A DNA stretch of 64,000 nt from an uncultured Bacilli bacterium (GCA_934120015.1 CAKOTD010000004.1:5338-69337); one strand, 5' to 3'; counted from the stretch's first letter, positions 48,551 to 55,925 are shown. Notes: generated by a model from the letters alone, not told the origin. Translations and numbers: made by a program.

Positions 48551-48793
48551 ATGAGTATTTTAAAGAAAATAAAAAAGAAAAATGAATTGTTAAGTGATAT
48601 AGAATTAAAAGAGTATGAAAAAGAACTATATTTATTACAAGATAAAGCAATTAATATAACAAGTAGAGGAAACCCTACAAAGAAAGATTTTCAAGAACTT
48701 TTAACTATTGGAAAAAGAATAAAAACTATTAAGAAGATATTAAAAGAGGCAAATAAAAAATGTTTAAAGCAAGAAAAAAAGAATATCAATTAG
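48551..48793 (+). CDS. Small basic coiled-coil protein
   Basis: 80 aa, K-rich, GAGGTG RBS. Confidence 0.5.
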   Translation: MSILKKIKKKNELLSDIELKEYEKELYLLQDKAINITSRGNPTKKDFQELLTIGKRIKTIKKILKEANKKCLKQEKKNIN

Positions 48794-48886
48794 ATATTTT
48801 TGGTAATTGGGTTTCTTTAGATTATATAAAATTGTGCAAAGATTGTGATAGAAAATATAAATTGAAAGTGAAAAGAGGTTTTAATA

Positions 48887-49075
48887 ATGTTAGTAAGAAA
48901 AAGTAATGTACCTACCAATTTTGTATTGCCAGTTATATTAAATGGTTCATATGAGCTTTACTGGTATTATGAAAGTGAGAAAATGCTTTTTAAGGCATAT
49001 AATCAGTTAAAAAAAATAAATGGTAACTATAAACCTAAGTATCCAATAATTTTAGAAGAGGTGATTGAATTATGA
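48887..49075 (+). CDS. Hypothetical small phage protein
   Basis: 62 aa, soluble, AGAGG RBS. Its stop overlaps the next ATG (ATGA). Confidence 0.45.
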   Translation: MLVRKSNVPTNFVLPVILNGSYELYWYYESEKMLFKAYNQLKKINGNYKPKYPIILEEVIEL

Positions 49076-49248
49076 TTATGTTTTTGTTAGGAATATCAAT
49101 TTCAGTTAATTTTTTATTAGGTTTTTTAGTTTATAAAATAAAAGATGAAAAGGAATTGAAGGAGGCTGTTGTCGATGAGGAGTGTTACAAAGATTTTTCA
49201 AAATCAAATAAACCAAGTTTTGATAAGTTTTTTAATAGTAATAAGTAG
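49072..49248 (+). CDS. 58-aa protein with an N-terminal TM helix (below the ORF-track cutoff)
   Basis: MIMFLLGISISVNFLLGFLVYKIKDEKE... ATGA coupling to the upstream ORF. The 3' end overlaps the start of the 701-aa gene in another frame. Confidence 0.4.
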   Translation: MIMFLLGISISVNFLLGFLVYKIKDEKELKEAVVDEECYKDFSKSNKPSFDKFFNSNK

Positions 49249-51280
49249 TTTTTTTCTTGTAAATAGTAGTGCTAAAGCAGCTACTGATTATTCCACTTAT
49301 TTTTATGAATATGATAGTGAATTTGTGGAATCTACTATAAATCATGAGAATTTTAAAACAGCTTATGATAAGCTAATGGAATATTATACAAATGGTAATT
49401 ATAAGAATTATTTGATATATGCTTTTTATAATGCTAATAATATTAAACTTTCGATATTATTATTTGATACTGAAGATATTACAATAAATTTTAATTTAGA
49501 AAATAGTTATATAGGTTTAAGTTTTACACATGGCTATGAATATAATTGTACTTTAAGTGATTTAACATGTACAACTTCGGCTATTAACCGCTCTAAAACT
49601 TCTATAATTTCATTTTCTGGTGGTTCTAATAAATTAACAGATGAAAATATAATTAAAAATACTTTTTTAATTAATGATAGTCGTAAATTTTTCATTTATG
49701 AGTCTAGCACAGATAAGATATATACTAAAAATCCAAGTATTGAACATTTTAAGGATAGTGAAGGTAATATATTAGATAAAATTCCTGTTGCAAAAAAGAA
49801 AGCTAATATTACATTTGAACAGAATAATTATAAATATACAAATGGTGATAAAGAGTATGTGTATGCGGTCGACGTAAAAATTAATTTTAATGTAGATGAT
49901 AAAGATAAATATTATTATTTGTATAAATTTCCAACTGATGAAGATGATAGTTGGTATACTTATACACCAATCAAAGAACCAGTAAGTACAACAATTCATT
50001 TAACAGAAAATAAAGCTATATATGTAAAAATAGTTAATAAGGAAACAGATGAGCTTGTATATGATGTTACTTGGAATGTAGTTAGTATAAATTATAAAGA
50101 AAATTATACTTTAAAGAAAACTTATAATAGTGGAACAAATGGTAATGATTTATATAGCTTGAATATAACTAATTTGAATAAAGATTCAGTTAATTATGAT
50201 ATTCCATTTAAAATACAATTTGGTAGTAATGACTTTTCAAATAATTATGTTCCCCGTATAGTTGATATAAAAGGTTATTATGGATCAGATAGAAAAAAAG
50301 AAGATAAAAATGTAAAAATAAAAGATTTTAAATGTTATAGAGAAGTAGAAGGAGATAGTGAGGTTTTCTGTACAGGAACAATGACAAAGAATTTATCATT
50401 GTCCGCATATTATGAAATTATATTTGAAAATACAGAAAACTATTATTTATATTATTATGATAATTTTAGTGATGATTATAGAACTTTAGATATAACAACT
50501 AATTTATTTAAAGATTATAACAAATATCGTTTTAAAGATAATAGTAATAAAGCTTATATATCTTTAAAAAATAAAAATCAAAGTAATAAAAAGGGAAGTG
50601 TAATTCTTCCGTCGTATTATGTTACAAATGATGAATTAAATGTAAGAATGTTTGATTATAATTCTTATTCAAATGTTTTTGAAAACGAACATGTTTCGTT
50701 ATATTTAGAAGATAAATATTATCGAAAATTTGATTTTGAGATAACAGACACAATAATACCAGTTTTAACCAATAAGAAAGATAAGCATTGTGAAACTTAT
50801 CGTTATGGTGAAGGTACACCAAACATTGATGAAGGCGGTTATTATACATGGATAGGTGATATTAAAACTTTTGTCCCTTTTAGTCATAGAAATAATTATC
50901 TTTTTTCTAGTTATAATGAGGCTGTAACTTGTTATCAAGAAGAACCAGTATATTTCTATGTTCATAAAGATTTTTTAGTAACATTTAATAAAATCGATGA
51001 AAACAAAGAAAGTATTGGTAATGTTCCAATAACTGATGAAGAGGGAAATGTTATCTTGGTAGTAGGAAAAGATGATGATAATACAAATATTTATAAAGAA
51101 GAAAACAAAGGTTTCTTTGATCTAGTTAGTGAAAGTTTTTCTTTTTTTACTAAACCATTAATGGAATTTTTAAACATGTTTAATTATTTTTGGAACGGGT
51201 TAAACATAATAATTAAATATTTTATAGTGTTTGTAATAGTTTTCTTACTAGTTTTATTTATATTAAAGTTTCTTTTATAG
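49175..51280 (+). CDS. Large secreted, C-terminally membrane-anchored protein (pIII-like adsorption protein candidate)
   Basis: Signal peptide ...FFLVNSSAKA|AT, about 650 aa with no recognisable domain, terminal TM IIIKYFIVFVIVFLLVLFILKFLL. GGAGG RBS before the ATG at 49175. Confidence 0.7.
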   Translation: MRSVTKIFQNQINQVLISFLIVISSFFLVNSSAKAATDYSTYFYEYDSEFVESTINHENFKTAYDKLMEYYTNGNYKNYLIYAFYNANNIKLSILLFDTEDITINFNLENSYIGLSFTHGYEYNCTLSDLTCTTSAINRSKTSIISFSGGSNKLTDENIIKNTFLINDSRKFFIYESSTDKIYTKNPSIEHFKDSEGNILDKIPVAKKKANITFEQNNYKYTNGDKEYVYAVDVKINFNVDDKDKYYYLYKFPTDEDDSWYTYTPIKEPVSTTIHLTENKAIYVKIVNKETDELVYDVTWNVVSINYKENYTLKKTYNSGTNGNDLYSLNITNLNKDSVNYDIPFKIQFGSNDFSNNYVPRIVDIKGYYGSDRKKEDKNVKIKDFKCYREVEGDSEVFCTGTMTKNLSLSAYYEIIFENTENYYLYYYDNFSDDYRTLDITTNLFKDYNKYRFKDNSNKAYISLKNKNQSNKKGSVILPSYYVTNDELNVRMFDYNSYSNVFENEHVSLYLEDKYYRKFDFEITDTIIPVLTNKKDKHCETYRYGEGTPNIDEGGYYTWIGDIKTFVPFSHRNNYLFSSYNEAVTCYQEEPVYFYVHKDFLVTFNKIDENKESIGNVPITDEEGNVILVVGKDDDNTNIYKEENKGFFDLVSESFSFFTKPLMEFLNMFNYFWNGLNIIIKYFIVFVIVFLLVLFILKFLL

Positions 51281-51292
51281 GAGGTGTGTTTT

Positions 51293-51553
51293 ATGACAGA
51301 TATTATAAGTGTTATTACGGAATTTTTTGGTACGTTTTTAACTTTTATATCTACGTTTTTTGATTTAATAAAAAATTATATATCAAAAGGTTTAGGTTTT
51401 GTATCTACTTTGCTTAACATAGTCCCTAATTTTTTAATAAATGTCTTATTTCCGAATATGCCTCCATTTTTTCAAAGCTTATTCTATGGCTTATTTGGTT
51501 TTATGATGTTTGTATTATTAGTTAAATTAATAATGATGTTTACATTTAAGTAG
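51293..51553 (+). CDS. Small multi-TM membrane protein (pVI-like position)
   Basis: 86 aa, AGGAGG RBS, 3 hydrophobic segments. Confidence 0.6.
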   Translation: MTDIISVITEFFGTFLTFISTFFDLIKNYISKGLGFVSTLLNIVPNFLINVLFPNMPPFFQSLFYGLFGFMMFVLLVKLIMMFTFK

Positions 51554-51563
51554 GAGGTAATGT

Positions 51564-51725
51564 ATGGAAGATTTTGGGTTAAATATATATAACTTTGTTA
51601 AACAATTAATAGGACAAGTACCAATGGAAATGGAGTTTATATATGCTATTGGTACAATTATACTTATTATTATTGTATTTTTAATGGTTTATTTGCCATT
51701 TTCTTATTTATTAGGTAGGAGGTAG
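51564..51725 (+). CDS. 53-aa TM peptide (below the ORF-track cutoff)
   Basis: MEDFGLNIYNFVKQLIGQVPMEMEFIYAIGTIILIIIVFLMVYLPFSYLLGRR. AGGAGG RBS at 51552-51557. Confidence 0.55.
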   Translation: MEDFGLNIYNFVKQLIGQVPMEMEFIYAIGTIILIIIVFLMVYLPFSYLLGRR

Positions 51726-51730
51726 TTAAA

Positions 51731-52051
51731 ATGTATGATATTATTGATTTTTTCTTAACTATATTTGATAAGCTAGTTAATTTGTTAAATGTTAAATTTT
51801 TTGCTGATGTTGATATAACTTTTTTGCAAATAATTTTAATAGGCATAGCTTTAAAATATGTGTTTAAATTTTTATTTGGTGGTTTTAAAGAAATAGATAC
51901 AAGCACTAATTATATGAGTAGTGGTGTTGTATATAAATTATCAAATAAAGAACGTAAAAAAGAAATTGTTGAAACAAAAAAAGAACGCATGGTTGATGTA
52001 TTTGGTGATGGTACATATATGGTACCTTATAGTAAATATTATGGAAAGTAG
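51731..52051 (+). CDS. Small membrane protein
   Basis: 106 aa, AGGAGG RBS, N-terminal TM segments, basic middle region. Confidence 0.6.
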   Translation: MYDIIDFFLTIFDKLVNLLNVKFFADVDITFLQIILIGIALKYVFKFLFGGFKEIDTSTNYMSSGVVYKLSNKERKKEIVETKKERMVDVFGDGTYMVPYSKYYGK

Positions 52052-52059
52052 GGATTATA

Positions 52060-52239
52060 ATGTATACATTAATAAGTTTAGAAAAGATTATATCTTTTTT
52101 TGAAAAGTTTAACATTGATTTTACACAATTTACTAATTTTGAACAATCAATACTTATCGTTTTATGTAATATTTTATTTATATTATTTTGGTGGTTTGTA
52201 CTTAATTTATTATATAAAATTATTGTGAGGTTAGTATAA
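52060..52239 (+). CDS. 59-aa TM protein translationally coupled to the ATPase gene (below the ORF-track cutoff)
   Basis: MYTLISLEKIISFFEKFNIDFTQFTNFEQSILIVLCNILFILFWWFVLNLLYKIIVRLV. Its TAA overlaps the ATG at 52239 (TAATG). Confidence 0.5.
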   Translation: MYTLISLEKIISFFEKFNIDFTQFTNFEQSILIVLCNILFILFWWFVLNLLYKIIVRLV

Positions 52240-53324
52240 TGAAAAATAATGGTTTATATGCATTTTGTGGTATTCCTGGAAGTGGGAAAACCTTAACAGC
52301 TGTTAAAGTAGCTTTATCACATTATAAAAAAGAAAATATGCCTCATAAATACTATATTGCTTATCTTAAATATATATTGTTAAATAATAATTTATTTAAG
52401 TTTTTTGTTAAACTATTTAAAAAATATAATTTATATTTAATTTTAAAAAATAAATATTTAAATTGGTATAAATTAAATTATAGTAGCAAGGTTAAAGTTA
52501 ATCGTGTTTTAGCTAAAATAAGTATGTTATTATTTAAAATTTTAAAATATTTATTTAAATTTATTGTTTGTATTTATATATATGTTGTTCCTAGTTGGTT
52601 AGTTAAAATATTTTTGTTTATCTTGTTATTTTATACTAAAAAAATTATTAGTTGGTTTGATAGTTTAGATTATGAGTATATATGTACTTTTCCTTATAAG
52701 AAGATAAATAATGTGTATAGTACTTTTCCGATTTTGTTAGATAAGAAAAGAAATATATATTCTCATAAAGTATCTTTGTGGGACTTAAATAATTTATATT
52801 CGTTTTTGCCTAATTCCGTTATTATACTAGATGAAATTCAATTATTTGTTGATAGTGACGAATATAAAAATATAAAACTTAAAGATATTTTAGAAAAAAT
52901 AGCTAATTATTTTCAGGCACATAGACATTTTGGAATTAAGAATATAATTGTTACTTCACAAGGTGTAACTCGTATATTTAAAAAGTGTCGTGATGTATGT
53001 AGTGGGTATTTAAAATTGAATAAGGTTGTAAAATTTCCTTTTTTGCCAATTGGTTATATTAGCGGTACTTTTTATTATGATATAGACTATTACGGAAAGT
53101 ATATTCCTAAAAATAAAGAAGAAAGAAGAAAACTACCTTTCGAATATAAAAAGTATAGATGTTTTTGTAATATGAATAGGGTGTATAGTTCTTATGATAG
53201 TAGATATTTAGCAAATATGAATTATTCAAAGCCATTGTTGGAAAAGGGTTATTATGATAGTTTAAAAACAACGAAGGAAGATATTAAAGAGATATTTAAG
53301 AAGCCAGAAGAGTTTAGCAAGTGA
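52239..53324 (+). CDS. pI/Zot-like P-loop assembly ATPase
   Basis: LYAFCGIPGSGKTLTAVKVAL aligns with f1 pI VYFVTGKLGAGKTLVSVGKI. SVIILDEIQLF aligns with LLVLDECGTWF. FQAHRHFGIKNIIVTSQ aligns with FLHARKLGWDIIFLVQ. The f1 sequence is recalled from memory. Confidence 0.8.
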   Translation: MKNNGLYAFCGIPGSGKTLTAVKVALSHYKKENMPHKYYIAYLKYILLNNNLFKFFVKLFKKYNLYLILKNKYLNWYKLNYSSKVKVNRVLAKISMLLFKILKYLFKFIVCIYIYVVPSWLVKIFLFILLFYTKKIISWFDSLDYEYICTFPYKKINNVYSTFPILLDKKRNIYSHKVSLWDLNNLYSFLPNSVIILDEIQLFVDSDEYKNIKLKDILEKIANYFQAHRHFGIKNIIVTSQGVTRIFKKCRDVCSGYLKLNKVVKFPFLPIGYISGTFYYDIDYYGKYIPKNKEERRKLPFEYKKYRCFCNMNRVYSSYDSRYLANMNYSKPLLEKGYYDSLKTTKEDIKEIFKKPEEFSK

Positions 53325-53349
53325 AAAAAAGCCTTGCTTTTTCACTTGC
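53317..53349 (+). repeat. 12-bp perfect-stem hairpin spanning the ATPase stop codon
   Basis: GCAAGTGAAAAA-aagccttgc-TTTTTCACTTGC. Confidence 0.6.
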
Positions 53350-53687
53350 ATTATTATTATTTTTGTAGTCAATAGAACATGGAATAACGGAACTTGTGAA
53401 ACAAGTGAGTATATGCCGTGAAAGTCTATTGATTAAAGAAAATAATATTATAATTGGTTTTTTAATTCAAAAAGATTTTTCTTTTTGAATTGATTGCCCA
53501 CAACGGCAAGTTGTAGAAAGTTTTTGTTTTACTTTTTTTAAAAAGTAATAAAAATCGTTTTAATGGCATTTTTGGACGTTTTTAGTGCTTTATAATATAG
53601 ATATACTATATCGTTGTTAAAAACTTCGTAATTTGTCTCTTTTTGATGAAAATAAGCATGCATGAAATAGAGTAGGTGGTATTAAAT

Positions 53688-53933
53688 ATGAAAAGTGAGA
53701 TTGAAAGTTTAAAAAAACAGGTATGTTGTATAAGAGAATATGCTAAATGGCATGTAGATGCATTTACTAATGATATTTTAGATTATATAGATGACGATAG
53801 AATAGGTAATAAAGATTTTATTGACGAATTAAGGGAAGATAGAGAACATTGGAAAGATGTTGTTAAGTTGTGTGATAATGATTTTAACTTATATATGAAT
53901 AATGTAATTTCAAGATTTAATAGTGATAACTAA
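53688..53933 (+). CDS. Hypothetical acidic phage protein
   Basis: 81 aa, AGGTGG RBS. No motif. Confidence 0.5.
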   Translation: MKSEIESLKKQVCCIREYAKWHVDAFTNDILDYIDDDRIGNKDFIDELREDREHWKDVVKLCDNDFNLYMNNVISRFNSDN

Positions 53934-54103
53934 TTATAGAAAAATATATTGTATTGTTAATTTGAAATTGCATATTATTTACTATAATTAAATTTGCATT
54001 TCGTTTATGTCGTGAAAGTTCTTTACTTTTTGCTGGAAATTTTTGATATGATATGTGGTTATTGAAAGAGGGCAAGCGTTAATCTAAAATTCTTGATTTC
54101 GTA

Positions 54104-54289
54104 TTAAATATCGATATCATCAAAATCATAATCATAACAATCGACATTGTCGAATATATCTTCATCGTGTTCTTCGAATTTTTCAGGCTTCATTTTTTTC
54201 ATGATTTCAACCCACATGTCGATTGGTAAAACTACATCTTCATTATCGATATTAATACGAATAAATTCTATTTGTTTCATGCGTGACAC
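54104..54289 (-). CDS. Highly acidic 61-aa protein on the opposite strand
   Basis: MSRMKQIEF...EEHDEDIFDNVDCYDYDFDDIDI. AAGGAG RBS on the minus strand. Confidence 0.5.
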   Translation of the reverse strand: MSRMKQIEFIRINIDNEDVVLPIDMWVEIMKKMKPEKFEEHDEDIFDNVDCYDYDFDDIDI

Positions 54290-54446
54290 TCCTTTCTAGT
54301 AATCTTTCAATTACAAAGTTTTGAAATCAAAAATTGGAACAAAAAGTCAAGAAACATGAAATAAAAAGAAAAAAAATTTAATGTATAACTATGTTTGGCA
54401 ATTTCAACATTATACAATATAAATTATATTTTTAAGTTTATATAAC

Positions 54447-54478
54447 TATCTGGCAATTAGATATCTAATTGCCAGATA
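54447..54478. repeat. Perfect 32-bp palindrome
   Basis: TATCTGGCAATTAGAT|ATCTAATTGCCAGATA. Confidence 0.85.
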
Positions 54479-54497
54479 TAAAAAACAAAGTATCTAT

Positions 54498-54528
54498 ATG
54501 TACTAATAATTAAAAATAATTAGTACAT
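54498..54528. repeat. 31-bp near-perfect palindrome
   Basis: ATGTACTAATAATT-aaa-AATAATTAGTACAT, 13 of 14 pairs. Confidence 0.8.
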
Positions 54529-54549
54529 AAAATATATAAAATTTGGGTA

Positions 54550-54578
54550 TTGACAAAAAAATAAAAATAGTGTATCAC
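54550..54578 (+). promoter_or_regulatory. Candidate rep promoter
   Basis: TTGACA - 17 nt - TATCAC, with TG immediately upstream of the -10 (extended -10). Confidence 0.5.
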
Positions 54579-54600
54579 GCGCGCGCGCGTTTACTTGATA
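54577..54600 (+). other. Candidate double-strand origin: (CG)6 palindrome followed by a CTTGATA nick motif
   Basis: ACGCGCGCGCGCGT at 54577-54590, then TTA-CTTG|ATA at 54594-54600, 80 nt upstream of a pC194-type rep gene. Confidence 0.6.
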
Positions 54601-54681
54601 CTTATTAGACAGAAGCTGACCCACCCTTATTTTATATAGAACAAAGGTAACCATTGAGATAACTTTTTCTGGAGGTGTTAT

Positions 54682-55785
54682 ATGTGTTTAGATGAATTTA
54701 AAGATATTACATATAATATATCTGATTTTCAGGTAAACAAAGATTTTATTTTAGAAACTTATAATAATACGATTTATAATAATATAATTATAGAATATTA
54801 CAAAAAATTACAAGAAGAGAGTAGGGTATTTGGACATAATACTATAAACAACGATAAAATCAAAAGTATTGAAGGTTGTAATAAAATGTGGTTAATAAAT
54901 ACTTATCACGAAAATAGAATAAAAGATTTTGTTAGTACTAATTTGTGTAAAGATAAATTTTGTAACAATTGTAAGAAAGTGAAACAAGCGGTAAGATTAT
55001 CTCGATATATACCTTTATTATCAAAATATAAAGATAATTTATATCATATTGTTTTTACTCAACCAAATGTATGTGGGAAAGATTTAGAAATTTGTTTAAA
55101 AAAAATGTCTAGTAGTTTTAGTAAATTAATTCGTATTATAAGAGGTAATTATCGTTGTTTTATTGATTTTAGTAAATATGGTTTTTTAGGTTCTGTTCGG
55201 TCATTTGAAACAACATTTAAAAAAGATGTTTATCATCCGCATTTCCATTGTGCATTTGCTTTTAACAATTTAGTTTTAGATAAAAAAGTTAAAAACCAAT
55301 ATTCATATTCTAATTGTAATAATGAAATTAGGTTATTTAGTGAATTTGAAATTATTTTACAAAAATTATGGTATATGTTATATAATGATATTCCAATAAC
55401 AGAAAATAATTTTAATATATTAGATATTGGTTATAGTGTTATATGTGATAAATTTAAAGATGATGATTATATTGAGTTATTTAAATATATGACAAAGTCT
55501 ACTAATGAAGATAATGAAATATTAACATATGATAATTTTAAAGCTTTATATTATGCATTGTATAATAAAAAACAGATACAAGGTTATGGATGTTTTTACA
55601 ATATAACTGATGATGAAATAACAGAAAATGAAATTGAAAAAATAAGAGCTTCAATACGATTATTTTTAGATAGTGACGAACAATACACAACAGATTTTGA
55701 GTATTTGCCATCGTTATTAGTTGATAATGAATATACTTTAATTAGTAGAAAATCAATATATGAATATTTAAAAAAAATTAAATGA
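54682..55785 (+). CDS. Rolling-circle replication initiator, pC194/pUB110-type HUH Rep
   Basis: Motif 1 HIVFTQPN, motif 2 YHPHFHCAFAF (HUH), motif 3 ELFKYMTKS (E-x3-Y). GGAGGTG RBS. Confidence 0.8.
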   Translation: MCLDEFKDITYNISDFQVNKDFILETYNNTIYNNIIIEYYKKLQEESRVFGHNTINNDKIKSIEGCNKMWLINTYHENRIKDFVSTNLCKDKFCNNCKKVKQAVRLSRYIPLLSKYKDNLYHIVFTQPNVCGKDLEICLKKMSSSFSKLIRIIRGNYRCFIDFSKYGFLGSVRSFETTFKKDVYHPHFHCAFAFNNLVLDKKVKNQYSYSNCNNEIRLFSEFEIILQKLWYMLYNDIPITENNFNILDIGYSVICDKFKDDDYIELFKYMTKSTNEDNEILTYDNFKALYYALYNKKQIQGYGCFYNITDDEITENEIEKIRASIRLFLDSDEQYTTDFEYLPSLLVDNEYTLISRKSIYEYLKKIK

Positions 55786-55821
55786 TACCAAGTTTGCCTT
55801 TATTTATATAGGTCAAACTAA

Positions 55822-55849
55822 TTAATTTATAATGTATATTATGTTAACT
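55822..55849 (+). other. Chromosomal dif site (XerC arm - 6-bp centre - XerD arm)
   Basis: TTAATTTATAA-TGTATA-TTATGTTAACT. The centre is identical to E. coli dif TGTATA. The XerD arm matches E. coli TTATGTTAAAT and B. subtilis TTATGTAAACT at 10 of 11 positions each. Confidence 0.8.
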
Positions 55850-55925
55850 TCTTTTTTCGAATTATTGTTCATATTATTTTGTATATATTATATATTTTTG
55901 TAAATAATATTATTGGGTGATTATA

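Larger units (their letters stand above)
46376..55849 (+). mobile_element. Integrated filamentous (inovirus-like) prophage bounded by dif-type sites
   Basis: Between the sites lie an XRE switch, at least 8 small TM proteins, a 701-aa secreted C-terminally anchored protein, a pI/Zot-like ATPase, and a pC194-type Rep with a CTTGATA origin motif. There are no capsid, terminase, tail, lysis or integrase genes. Confidence 0.75.

Noticed and set aside
48760-48906. A 48-aa ORF (MFKARKKEYQLDIFGNWVSLDYIKLCKDCDRKYKLKVKRGFNNVSKKK) overlapping the ends of two neighbouring phage ORFs.
   Set aside because: It has no clear RBS and overlaps on both sides. It is plausible in a compact phage genome but too weak to list as a feature.
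54577-54590. The (CG)6 tract, and the other repeats in the window, as CRISPR or simple-sequence arrays.
   Set aside because: It is a single 14-nt palindrome, not a repeat-spacer array. I found no CRISPR-like periodic repeats and no cas genes anywhere in the window.
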